From assembly GCA_051880695.1 (NCBI GenBank), contig JBJEOK010000049.1, forward strand, positions 300 through 64,299: 64,000 nucleotides of DNA, given 5' to 3'. This document shows positions 9,176 through 18,633 of the stretch, piece after piece. The notes beneath the pieces were generated by a model. The model made no database searches and was not told the origin of the DNA. It saw only the letters and a list, made by a program, of their open reading frames with translations. Source of the DNA: Acutalibacteraceae bacterium (GTDB lineage: Bacteria > Bacillota > Clostridia > Oscillospirales > Acutalibacteraceae). Numbering within the stretch: position 1 is the first letter of the stretch; the number at the start of each line of letters is the position of its first letter. The translations under genes were made by a program, and so were the position numbers.

Positions 9176-11029
9176 TCAGTCAGCGTTTTCTTCTTCTATC
9201 TTGTCTATAATCTCTTGAGGTACTGCCTCACCGTGTTTAACGAATAAGATAAGTCCGAGACAGATTAAGAAAGCAATCGGGCTGTAATAGAACAGGGACA
9301 TATATGTGCCCGTTACCATTGCAACTCCGCCGTAAACAATGGGAGAAGCAATCTGTGCTGAGAAAGTAGCAGTGTAATAGTAGCCTGTGAATGTGCCCAC
9401 CTTATCAACACCGCCGATTTCAAGAACAAGAGGTAAGGTATTAACCGTGATAAACATATTTGCAAAGCCGCCTAAAACAAGAACGGGATAAATAAGCACT
9501 TTAAGCACCTTGACAATGCCGTCAACGGAGCTTTCAATGTTTGTAAGAGCTGTGCTGTAATCACCGTCTGCAACCTCTTTGCCTAAAACATTTCTGCTTG
9601 TTGCAATAAGGTTGTCAAGGCTGAATGCACCGCCTGAGCTCTCCTCAAGCTCAGAAGTAACCTGTTCGTAAACACTGCCCTTTTCCATAGTTTTAAGATA
9701 CTCACCGTAACCTGTGATTGTAAGTGCTTCAAAGCCCTCTGCACTGCCGCCGTGAGCTTCTTTATACTCATTTTGAAGTGTTGTGTTAACACTGCTGATT
9801 GCTGTGTCAATATTAGCATAAACCTTGTTTGCCTGAACGTAGTTGTTTACACCGAGATCCTGGCTTGAAACCATTACGGTAAACACTGCAAAGAATACAA
9901 GGAAAGCCGCGATAAATACTGAAAGACCTGCCATAATTGTCTTTTTTCGGCCTATCTTTCTGCCCATTTTACCGGCAGGGATAGCCGCAACAGCAGAGCA
10001 TACGGCAAAGATTGCCATGATAATTGTTGCCTGAGCTGTTTGTAAGTGGAGAATTTCCTGTGAGAAAAGCGAGAAGAATGTTGTAATTGCGTTTGTACCG
10101 CAGAAAAGGAAAAACAGTGAAACAAGCATAAACAAAAGGCTCTTTCTTTCGCCCTTTGAAAGCTTTTCTGCTTTTCTTGCTGCCTTTTCGGCTTTCTTAG
10201 CGGCTTTTTCGGCTGCTCTTTTAGCTGCTGCGTCAGCAAACTGGTTCTTTTCAGCTTTAACCTGAATACGGCTGTCCTGCTCCTTGACAAAGAAGAGAAG
10301 CACGAGAGCGCCTACAACCATAACAATTGAGCCGATGATAAATACTATGGGGAAGGTCTGGCTTTCCTCTGTTGCTTTTGCACCGACAAAAAGTGTATAG
10401 AGCGCGGCGGCAATTGTACCTGCAAACATACCGATTGCTCCGCCGATACCACCCATGAGGTTGATGATGGCATTACCCTCGGAGCGAAGCTCGGGAGGTG
10501 TAAGGTCAGGCATAAGAGCAACAACGGGAGCTCTCCAAAGGCTCATTGTGAAAACAAATAGAATGATGAAAACCATTGTTGCGGGAAGACTTCCTGTGTT
10601 TAACGCAACAAAGGGAATAATAGCAAACAAAAGTGCTGAAACAGGTGCGCCGATAACAATAAAAGGACGGCGTTTACCTAATTTTGAGTGACAGTTATCG
10701 GAAAGCTTACCAAAGGTAGGCTGGAAAATAACGCCGAAGATGTTATCAAAGGTCATAATAATACCTATAAACAAAGGAACAAGTGAAATACTTGTACCAA
10801 AGCCTACATCCTGACCCTGGCTTCTTGCAAACTCTGCAAGGAAAGGAATTGCATTGTTGAGCTTTTCACTGAGAGCAGTTACCCATGCGGACTCCGTGAG
10901 AAGCTTGTTGAGAATTTTTGTGATGTATGGGTCATAAATTGCCCATGCTATTGAAGATGCCATAAAGCCGAAGCCGGTCAATATGGTCAGTTTGACATTA
11001 AGTTTTTCTTTACTGGTCTTTTCAGCCAT
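9176..11029 (-). CDS. MFS transporter (GPH/SLC45-like) with two large non-membrane insertions
   Basis: Multiple TM segments and 'GKRRPFIVIG'. AAAGGAG SD 7 nt before ATG 11029. Central K/A/E-rich loop and a soluble insert of about 130 aa in the C-terminal half. Confidence 0.8.
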   Translation of the reverse strand: MAEKTSKEKLNVKLTILTGFGFMASSIAWAIYDPYITKILNKLLTESAWVTALSEKLNNAIPFLAEFARSQGQDVGFGTSISLVPLFIGIIMTFDNIFGVIFQPTFGKLSDNCHSKLGKRRPFIVIGAPVSALLFAIIPFVALNTGSLPATMVFIILFVFTMSLWRAPVVALMPDLTPPELRSEGNAIINLMGGIGGAIGMFAGTIAAALYTLFVGAKATEESQTFPIVFIIGSIVMVVGALVLLFFVKEQDSRIQVKAEKNQFADAAAKRAAEKAAKKAEKAARKAEKLSKGERKSLLFMLVSLFFLFCGTNAITTFFSLFSQEILHLQTAQATIIMAIFAVCSAVAAIPAGKMGRKIGRKKTIMAGLSVFIAAFLVFFAVFTVMVSSQDLGVNNYVQANKVYANIDTAISSVNTTLQNEYKEAHGGSAEGFEALTITGYGEYLKTMEKGSVYEQVTSELEESSGGAFSLDNLIATSRNVLGKEVADGDYSTALTNIESSVDGIVKVLKVLIYPVLVLGGFANMFITVNTLPLVLEIGGVDKVGTFTGYYYTATFSAQIASPIVYGGVAMVTGTYMSLFYYSPIAFLICLGLILFVKHGEAVPQEIIDKIEEENAD

Positions 11030-11253
11030 GTCAAAACTCCTTTCTGTTTTATAATGTATCAATTATAAGCTTTTCAATCAAAAATTGCAATCTTTGTTTA
11101 TAAAAGCCATTAAATTCGTCATAGTGTACATTCATTTTTTTAATTTATTGGTGAAATTGACTTTAGGGCTTAAGGAGTAATAACAAAACAAATCAGCTTA
11201 ACACTCATTTTCGGGTGCTAAGCTGACAATTATTAACCTGCAAATTTAAGCTC

Positions 11254-12873
11254 CTATTTAACCTCTAAAATAAGGCAGCCAAACTCTGTAACAATATCAG
11301 AGGCAGTGTTTTTTCCTAAGGAAACAAGCTCAATGCTGTTACTGTTTTCGTGAAGCATAGGGATATAATCGTTACCGGGCACAATATAGCCTATCTGGTC
11401 ATTTGCAATGCCGATAATTTGAAGCTCACGGTCAATGTCGTTTGATTTTACAATCTCCTGAAGTGAGGGGTGCTCCCACTCCTCTCCCGACCAGGACGCT
11501 GACGCCGGAAGTGTTCCGCCGTAAGCTAACTCTGCGGCAAGCTCACCGGGTATTACTGCAAAAGAGAGTGTGTTACCCACTTCAATATAACCTATTTCGC
11601 TTATAACCTTGTATTTGCCGTCAAGTTTTTTAACTATATTTTCAAACATTCCCGCCTTGCCGGCAATTAAAAGTAAGGGGTTGTCAATATTCAAGGTTAT
11701 TTCTCTGTAAGCCACGTTTAAAAGCGGTGCTACTTCTTTATCATTATTTATCGCTTTAAGGTCAATACCTATATTTTTGCCAAAGCCTGCGGTCTGCTCA
11801 AGACGTGTCATTGTTTCGCTGTAGCCGTAAACTGTTTGAGCGTTTCTGTTCTGGGTTGTACCAAGCTCTGCACCGAGATAGAAAAGCACATTTGCCCCGT
11901 CACCGATTTCCTTTTCCGCATAGTAGGGGTAGTCACCTGTTACGGCTGTACCTGCGGCACCGTTACCTACGCAGTGTATGGGCGAAGAAACAAGCCAGGT
12001 TTCCTTGCTGCCGTCAAAGGGAACAAAACGAAGTCTGTTAAAGTTGCTGTCAAGGACATAGGGCTGACGTTTGTCAGTGGTATATTTTGACGCATCTGCC
12101 GTGCCTGAGTAAAGCTTACCCTCAGTGAGGTTTTCGGCGGCAGCCTTTACCGATGCCACGCACTGACTGAAAAGGTTTTCCATATACTTTTCGTTTTTGC
12201 CGTTTTTGGTATCTTTGCCGAAAGCTCCCTTTAAGGGGTTGAGAAGCGCCATTTCCCAAATATTTCCGTTCATACCGAAAGTGTCAATTGCACTGTGCTG
12301 ATGAAGCACGGAAACCGTTACGGAGTTGATGTTTTTCTCTGCACAGTAATCGGCAAGCCTTGTACGGATTTCCCTTACGTCGCTCAGGGCAAGACCGTAA
12401 GAGTCAACAACACATAAAACTGCGGTGCCTCTGCCCGAGCCGTCATTTATTGCAACTGTTCTTACTTTCAGGTCATCAACGATTTCGGTAGCAAACTTGT
12501 TTTCCGTACCTATAGAGCCTGCAACATACATTTTGCCGATAATTTCGTCTTCCGGCAAAAGAATACTTCTGCTATCGTAGCCGAGACTCCAAACAGAGCC
12601 GTAAGCGGAACTTTTAAGGAATTGCTCATTACCTTTCATAAATCCCTCAACGGAAGATGTATCATTCCAAGCTTTAGGAGTAGGCATAGCTGACGCAATA
12701 CCCGAAAGCAAAGAATTTACCACCTTGTCAAGCATATTATATACTGCCTTTGTAACAGGCGAAACAGCAGTATAACCCGTTTCACCGCTTTCAGCCGATG
12801 AATTTGTAAATGTCACCGAAAAGCACAGCATAACCGCTAAGGTGACGCACAAAAGCTTTTTAATCTTTTTCAT
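11254..12873 (-). CDS. secreted protein of unknown function (signal peptide; possibly a hydrolase)
   Basis: 'MKKIKKLLCVTLAVMLCFSVTFTNSSA' signal peptide. 539 aa. No motif I can name with confidence (weak ceramidase-like impression only). Confidence 0.6.
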   Translation of the reverse strand: MKKIKKLLCVTLAVMLCFSVTFTNSSAESGETGYTAVSPVTKAVYNMLDKVVNSLLSGIASAMPTPKAWNDTSSVEGFMKGNEQFLKSSAYGSVWSLGYDSRSILLPEDEIIGKMYVAGSIGTENKFATEIVDDLKVRTVAINDGSGRGTAVLCVVDSYGLALSDVREIRTRLADYCAEKNINSVTVSVLHQHSAIDTFGMNGNIWEMALLNPLKGAFGKDTKNGKNEKYMENLFSQCVASVKAAAENLTEGKLYSGTADASKYTTDKRQPYVLDSNFNRLRFVPFDGSKETWLVSSPIHCVGNGAAGTAVTGDYPYYAEKEIGDGANVLFYLGAELGTTQNRNAQTVYGYSETMTRLEQTAGFGKNIGIDLKAINNDKEVAPLLNVAYREITLNIDNPLLLIAGKAGMFENIVKKLDGKYKVISEIGYIEVGNTLSFAVIPGELAAELAYGGTLPASASWSGEEWEHPSLQEIVKSNDIDRELQIIGIANDQIGYIVPGNDYIPMLHENSNSIELVSLGKNTASDIVTEFGCLILEVK

Positions 12874-12963
12874 AAAATCTCCTCCTGTTTTTTTCTGTTC
12901 TTCAATTCTATCACAGCTTTAAAAAGAGGTCAAGCAGGAAACGGAAAAAGAGTTTTCTTTTCC

Positions 12964-14751
12964 TTAATAGTCATAATCTTCCGAGGTGACAGCCTCTGTT
13001 GAAGAGGCGGCAGCTGACTGCTGTTTAAAGCTGTCAAGAAGCTTTTGTGCTTCTTCGGTGGGTATTGTCACGGGACGAATATCGGTGCCCGAAACATAGT
13101 AGAATGTAACACCGTCTTTTGTAAGTGCCCAAGCGCTTTCATAAATACTTACACCTAAGCCGTCCTTGTCGGTTGGAATATCACTTTCCTGACTGTCGTC
13201 ATAATAATCTTCCTCAGAATAATAGTCGTAGCCGTAATATTCATCCTCGTAGTAATCTTCCTCGCCTGTTGAATTTTCCTCAATTTCAGAAGCAACATTG
13301 CTGTAATCGTAGCCGTTATAAATTCTGTAAAGAATTTCGCTGATGACGAGATAATTTTTTCCTAAAATATCGTCCTTTGAAACATACTCCCCTGTTGTCT
13401 TATCAAAGGTATATGCCTCGGCTTTAACCTCGGGAAGCTTTACCGTTTCGGTTTGCTCGGGCTCAGCCTGTGTTTCTTCCTCATTATAGTAATAATAATC
13501 GTCCTGAGCTTCCCCGGTCGTTTCTTCTTGCGCTTCGGGAAGAACAGGCGAATAAGAGGTTATATACTGAACGAAAGAAAGTCTGTTTTCATCATCAAAG
13601 GTAACCTCTGAGGTAATGGTCTGGGTGTAAGGCAAGTCCTCTTTTGCACCGCCCTTGGCGATGAAGTCCTCGTAGTCCTTTTGCGCAGAGCTTGCGTTGA
13701 GCCTGTACACCGCAAGCATATCCTCATAAAAGCGGTTGGCATTAACTTCACCCGAGCTGTCACCTGAAAAAACGGGATATTCCACAACGTACTTCCTCAT
13801 AAGAGTGCGGTCGCTTGTGTAACATTCAATCGTTTCCGTTTTCATTTTGTATTTGGCGGTAACATTATTTTCCGCAGCCTTGCCGGTAGAATTGAAAAGC
13901 GGCTTTGCTGACGACTTATTAACAGTAAAGCTGACAGCACCCGTAGCTTCATCAACTGCTTTTTGGGTGATGAAATACAGCATTTTAGTTGCGTCTGTGC
14001 CGTCGGCGCTGAATTTACACTCAACATAGTAGCTGCCGTCACTTACCTTTTTGCTGTTAGTGATATCCGCCTTTACAATAGGTGTATTGCTTTTTTTATC
14101 GGTAAATTTAAAATAGTAGTACCCGTCGAAGTAATAATAATTTTCAGCGTTTTCAGCGTGAAGCGGATTTAACGAAAAGCTTTCAATAACCTTGTCAAGG
14201 TCAGCTTCTTTTATCATATAATAGTTATACTGTTGCTCATCTTCATTATAAAAGCGGTCAAAGGGGTCCGCTTCTTCCCCTTTTACAGGCTGTAAGCCCG
14301 AAACGGTATAAAAGAAATTACCGCTGTCATTGAGGTTAATTAAAGAGATAAGCTGTTTGCTTGTAAAAGTATCCCTATCAAAGCCTGCTTTGTAAAAAGT
14401 AAAGCCCTTTTGAAAATGCTGTTCAAGAAGAGCACATTCGCTGTCAGTAAGGCCCGTTACAAGAGAAACGGCCTGTGTAGGCTCCTGTTTATTTTCAAAA
14501 GCATCGGTTTTTACACTGATAAGGGTGAGAAAAACGGCACTTGCGAAAATAAAGGCAAGCACAAAAGATATAAAGATTAAGCTTTTCTTTTCAGCTTTTG
14601 ACGCCTTACCTAAGGAAAACTTTTTCTTTTTAGCTCCCGACATCTCTACCCTTTTTATGTCCGGCTTTTCCGGCTGTATTTCTTCCTTGAATTTTTCTTC
14701 GCCCTCATAAACAGGAACAACTATTTTCTCGGAATTATCACTGCGAAGCAT
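12964..14751 (-). CDS. single-pass membrane-anchored protein with highly acidic Tyr/Asp/Glu-rich ectodomain, unknown function
   Basis: AAGGAG SD. Cytoplasmic K-rich N-terminus, then TM 'LIFISFVLAFIFASAVFLTLI'. Acidic runs such as 'EEDYYEDEYYGYDYYSEEDYYDD'. Confidence 0.65.
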   Translation of the reverse strand: MLRSDNSEKIVVPVYEGEEKFKEEIQPEKPDIKRVEMSGAKKKKFSLGKASKAEKKSLIFISFVLAFIFASAVFLTLISVKTDAFENKQEPTQAVSLVTGLTDSECALLEQHFQKGFTFYKAGFDRDTFTSKQLISLINLNDSGNFFYTVSGLQPVKGEEADPFDRFYNEDEQQYNYYMIKEADLDKVIESFSLNPLHAENAENYYYFDGYYYFKFTDKKSNTPIVKADITNSKKVSDGSYYVECKFSADGTDATKMLYFITQKAVDEATGAVSFTVNKSSAKPLFNSTGKAAENNVTAKYKMKTETIECYTSDRTLMRKYVVEYPVFSGDSSGEVNANRFYEDMLAVYRLNASSAQKDYEDFIAKGGAKEDLPYTQTITSEVTFDDENRLSFVQYITSYSPVLPEAQEETTGEAQDDYYYYNEEETQAEPEQTETVKLPEVKAEAYTFDKTTGEYVSKDDILGKNYLVISEILYRIYNGYDYSNVASEIEENSTGEEDYYEDEYYGYDYYSEEDYYDDSQESDIPTDKDGLGVSIYESAWALTKDGVTFYYVSGTDIRPVTIPTEEAQKLLDSFKQQSAAASSTEAVTSEDYDY

Positions 14752-14798
14752 ACCATTTCTCCTTTATTTTAGATATTTTATAAGATTTTTCAGTATCC

Positions 14799-15479
14799 TT
14801 AAATATATTCTAAAAGCTGTCTTATATCGGTAATTTCCGCTTCAACACCGCTGTTACCCAGACCCTTGCCGAAGAAATCACCGTAATTCATTCTTATTGC
14901 TTTCATATCTGCACCGAGGGCACCCTCAATGTCGTTAACAGGGTGGTCACCTACAAAAAGAGCTTCTTCGTTTTTAACTCCCGCCCTTTTACAGGCCTCG
15001 TCAAAAATACCTCTTGCCGGCTTGTAAATACCGATATCGCCGGAAACTACAACAACGTCAAACATATCTCTGATGCCCGCCGTATCAAGCTTAATATTTT
15101 GAAGTGAGGATACACCGTTTGTAATACAGCCTAAAATGTAACCTCTCTTTTTAATCTCCTTTAACACGTCAACGGCTCCGTCAAGCATAACAATGTGCTT
15201 GCCGAAGTCAAAATTAAAGCTGTCGTAAAGCTCCTGCATAGGCGGATGATTTTCCCACTTCCAAAGGTCAATAATTTCAGGAAAGTAGACCTCTCTGTCC
15301 TTATATCCGCCGTCAACATATTCTTCCATTTCGTCAAGCTTTCTGAGTCTTTCCTCACCGCTTATGCCGGGAAAATACTTTGTAAGAAAGCTCTCACAGT
15401 AAAGTCTGTATGCACCTTTGCGACTTTGTAAGGTATCGTCAAAATCAAAAAAGATTGCTTTTACATCTAACTTTGCCAT
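14799..15479 (-). CDS. HAD-superfamily hydrolase (subfamily IA)
   Basis: 'FFDFDDTL' DxDxT motif and 'VGDHPVNDI' motif IV. 226 aa. Confidence 0.8.
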   Translation of the reverse strand: MAKLDVKAIFFDFDDTLQSRKGAYRLYCESFLTKYFPGISGEERLRKLDEMEEYVDGGYKDREVYFPEIIDLWKWENHPPMQELYDSFNFDFGKHIVMLDGAVDVLKEIKKRGYILGCITNGVSSLQNIKLDTAGIRDMFDVVVVSGDIGIYKPARGIFDEACKRAGVKNEEALFVGDHPVNDIEGALGADMKAIRMNYGDFFGKGLGNSGVEAEITDIRQLLEYI

Positions 15480-16390
15480 TATTTATACCTCTCAAGTATA
15501 TCCCTTGCTCTTTCAATATCACATTCAATTTGAATTGAAAGGGCGTCAAGGTCGGGAAACTTCATTTCATTTCTCAAATATTTTACAAGAGCCACTTCAA
15601 CACTTTTACCGTAAAGGTCACCGGTAAAATCAAGTATACACGTTTCACTTCTCATAGAAGTTTTGTCCAAAGTAGGTCTTACTCCCACATTTGTAACTGC
15701 GTTATACCATTTTCCGTCAACATTAACCCTTGAAGCGTAAACGCCGTATTTAGGCACAACAAAGTCTTCGGAGAAAAATTGATTTATTGTGGGAAAGCCC
15801 ATTGTACGTCCTAAACCGTCGCCTTTTTTTACCGTAAAGTCATAAGAAAAGGCTGTGCCTAACATTTGGTTTGCCCTTTCGATATTCCCCTGACTTACAA
15901 GCCGTCTTATAGCCGTTGAGGAAATCTTTTCCCCGTCAAGTAAAACAGCCTCGTGAGAGAAGGTTTCTATTCCTCTTTTCTCAAGCTCATCGTGTAAGGT
16001 CTGAGCGTTGCCCTCACCGCCCTTGCCGTAGCGATAGTCAAAACCGCAGGAAACAACTTTTGCGCCTAAGGCTTCAATGAGTATCTTTTCAATAAACTCA
16101 TCGGGTGTATAATCAACCGTTTCACCAAAGCTGAAGTCAACGGTGGTAAAGCCCATATCCGAAAGCACCCGACGTTTTTTTGCGTCGCTCATAATAATGG
16201 GCGGCGCCTTGCCTGTGAGAAGCTTTTTAGGGTGCATATCAAAAATTGTTATAACAGGCACAAGCTTTCTTTTTTCAGCTTCGTCAAGAGCCCTTTGAAG
16301 CACTGCCTTGTGACCTAAATGTATTCCGTCAAAAAAGCCGAGGGCAACGGCAGTGCCCTGTTTTATTATGTTTTCCGAAAGCTTTTGCAC
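15479..16390 (-). CDS. ribF: bifunctional riboflavin kinase / FAD synthetase
   Basis: 'GFFDGIHLGH' and the C-terminal riboflavin kinase domain. Follows truB as usual. Confidence 0.92.
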   Translation of the reverse strand: MQKLSENIIKQGTAVALGFFDGIHLGHKAVLQRALDEAEKRKLVPVITIFDMHPKKLLTGKAPPIIMSDAKKRRVLSDMGFTTVDFSFGETVDYTPDEFIEKILIEALGAKVVSCGFDYRYGKGGEGNAQTLHDELEKRGIETFSHEAVLLDGEKISSTAIRRLVSQGNIERANQMLGTAFSYDFTVKKGDGLGRTMGFPTINQFFSEDFVVPKYGVYASRVNVDGKWYNAVTNVGVRPTLDKTSMRSETCILDFTGDLYGKSVEVALVKYLRNEMKFPDLDALSIQIECDIERARDILERYK

Positions 16391-16408
16391 ACCCTCACCT
16401 CTTTTTCT

Positions 16409-17299
16409 TTAAAGCTCAACGTAAACTCTTTTTACTTTAAGCTCACTTAATTGTTCCGTTATTTCACCAAGACCTAAAAATTTACCGTCCCGGCTGTATA
16501 TTTTATAAATTCCCTTTTGAAAATTGCCCTTGAGCCTTGCCGTATCAAGCTCACCGCCGTTTGAAAAACGTCTTGCCTGATTGTCGGTGACCCTTATTTC
16601 GTCATAGGGCAATATACTGTCTACGCTGTGAAGCGCCTTTTGAGTTTCGCCTCTTTCATAAAGCTCGTTTAACTGTGAAAGGGTCAAACAGTCTTCAAGG
16701 TCAATTCCGTTTGCCCTTGTACGGCAAAGCGAAGTCATCACACCGCCGCAGCCTAAGGCTCTGCCTATATCGTCAATCAGGCTTCTTATATAAGTCCCCT
16801 TTGAGCAGGAAACCTCAATTTCATATTCGTTTTCGCCCTCATAAGAGGTCAGCTCAAGGCTGTAAATATTGACCCTTCGTTCCTCTCTTTCAACTTCAAT
16901 GCCCTGCCTTGCAAGGTCATAAAGGCGAACACCGTCTTTTTTAAGCGCCGAATACATAGGCGGAAGCTGTGTAATTTCACCTTTAAAACGTGAAAACACA
17001 TTTTCAACGTCACTTCTTTTTACATTTACCTCATATTCACCGGTAACTTCACCGGTGATATCAAGGGTATCGGTAGTTTTGCCTAAAATAAACCTTGCCC
17101 TGTAACTTTTATCGTGGTCGGGGATAAAATCAATAAACCTTGTTGCACCGCCTATTGCCACAGGTAAAACACCCGTTGCCATAGGGTCGAGGGTACCTGT
17201 GTGACCGGTCTTTTTTGAGGAGAAAAGCTTTCTCATCCTCGACGCGGCAAAAAATGAGGTCATATTCTCCTGCTTGTTTAAAAATACAAAGCCTGTCAC
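16409..17299 (-). CDS. truB: tRNA pseudouridine(55) synthase
   Basis: 'GHTGTLDPMATGVLPV' catalytic Asp motif. Synteny rbfA-nrnA-truB-ribF. Confidence 0.93.
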   Translation of the reverse strand: MTGFVFLNKQENMTSFFAASRMRKLFSSKKTGHTGTLDPMATGVLPVAIGGATRFIDFIPDHDKSYRARFILGKTTDTLDITGEVTGEYEVNVKRSDVENVFSRFKGEITQLPPMYSALKKDGVRLYDLARQGIEVEREERRVNIYSLELTSYEGENEYEIEVSCSKGTYIRSLIDDIGRALGCGGVMTSLCRTRANGIDLEDCLTLSQLNELYERGETQKALHSVDSILPYDEIRVTDNQARRFSNGGELDTARLKGNFQKGIYKIYSRDGKFLGLGEITEQLSELKVKRVYVEL

Positions 17300-17303
17300 A
17301 CCA

Positions 17304-18257
17304 TCACTCCATTAAAGTTGCTATATATTCAATAACCTGCTTTTTTGCTTCAGCCAGGCTTACTCCGTTAATTTGACAGCCTGCCGCCCTTTTATGACCG
17401 CCTCCGCCGAAGTTTGCACAAATCAAGGCGGCATCGTAATTTTCACTTGTCCTTAAAGAAACGCCTATGCTGCCGTCTTTTTCTTCTTTTAAGGTGATGC
17501 CGATTTCGGTGCCCTCAATTTGCCTTGTTATGGGCTTTACCGCATCAATAGCCGACTTGTCCAAACCGCAGTCAAGGAGCATTTTTTGTGAGACCGAGAT
17601 AACCGCGGCCTTGCCGTCAAAGAAGCTTTCAAGGGTATCAAGGCACATTCTTTCAAAAACAATGGATTTCATGGTTTTTGTCTCAAACATCAACACGTTG
17701 ATTTTAGCGTGGTCTGCGCCCTTTTCAATCAGGTCTGCGGCAATACGGTGAGTGCGCGGCGTCACGTTGCTGTAACGGAAACAGCCGGTATCCGTACTCA
17801 TACCCGTGTAAAGACAAGAAGCGGTTTTTTCGTCAATGACTGCACCCAATTCTTTTATTAAAAGGTATATAACCTCACAGGCACAGGCACTGTCACTTTC
17901 ACAGTAGGTCTTTTTTGCAAAAAATCTTGCTGTGCCGTGATGGTCAAAGGAAAGGTCGACCTTATCGCCGTACCTTTCGTTAAAGCTTTCACCCAAAAGC
18001 TTTCTTTCGGCAACGTCAACTGACACAATGTACTTTTCCTCAAAGCTTTCTTTGGTAAGTCCCTCAAAAAGGTAACCGAACTTTTCGGGAATTTTGTCGC
18101 CGCAAAGAAGCTTTGCTTTTTTGCCTAAGCTTTGCAGTGCCCTCATAAGAGCCGTACCGCACCCCAAGGTATCGCCGTCGGGATTTGCGTGGCACAAAAT
18201 CAAAATGTTGTCTTTTGAAAGAAGCTCCTTGGCGGCATCTTTTAATGTAACTGTCAT
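17304..18257 (-). CDS. nrnA: DHH/DHHA1 phosphoesterase (NrnA-like oligoribonuclease / pAp phosphatase)
   Basis: 'HANPDGDTLG', 'FDHHG' and 'GGGGHKRAAG'. Start set to ATG 18257, just after the rbfA stop. Confidence 0.85.
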   Translation of the reverse strand: MTVTLKDAAKELLSKDNILILCHANPDGDTLGCGTALMRALQSLGKKAKLLCGDKIPEKFGYLFEGLTKESFEEKYIVSVDVAERKLLGESFNERYGDKVDLSFDHHGTARFFAKKTYCESDSACACEVIYLLIKELGAVIDEKTASCLYTGMSTDTGCFRYSNVTPRTHRIAADLIEKGADHAKINVLMFETKTMKSIVFERMCLDTLESFFDGKAAVISVSQKMLLDCGLDKSAIDAVKPITRQIEGTEIGITLKEEKDGSIGVSLRTSENYDAALICANFGGGGHKRAAGCQINGVSLAEAKKQVIEYIATLME

Positions 18258-18258
18258 T

Positions 18259-18603
18259 TTATTCACCCTTATTCTCAAGCTTTTTGAACATATTAAAGCC
18301 TTGCTCCACGGAGTCATCGGCTACAAATTTAAGCTCGGGTGTTTTTCTCAGGTGCAGGGCTGAACCCACCTGACGGCGGATAAAGCCTGTTGCACTCTCC
18401 AAACCCTTGACTGCTTCTTTTGCCGAGGCAATACCTTTAAGGTCGCTTACATAAACCTTTGCAAAGGAGGCGTCGGAAGAAACCTCTACGCGGACAACGG
18501 TAAGCATTTTACCTGCCACTCTCGGGTCTTTTATCTCTCTTATAACAGCGATGATTTCTCTTTTAATATCCTCGCTTACTCTGTTAATTCTGAAACCTGC
18601 CAT
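18259..18603 (-). CDS. rbfA: ribosome-binding factor A
   Basis: 114 aa with 'RVSEDIKREI ... DPR' and 'PELKF..D'. Downstream of infB. Confidence 0.92.
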   Translation of the reverse strand: MAGFRINRVSEDIKREIIAVIREIKDPRVAGKMLTVVRVEVSSDASFAKVYVSDLKGIASAKEAVKGLESATGFIRRQVGSALHLRKTPELKFVADDSVEQGFNMFKKLENKGE

Positions 18604-18633
18604 AAATTTCCTCTCTTATTTAGAAAACACAGC

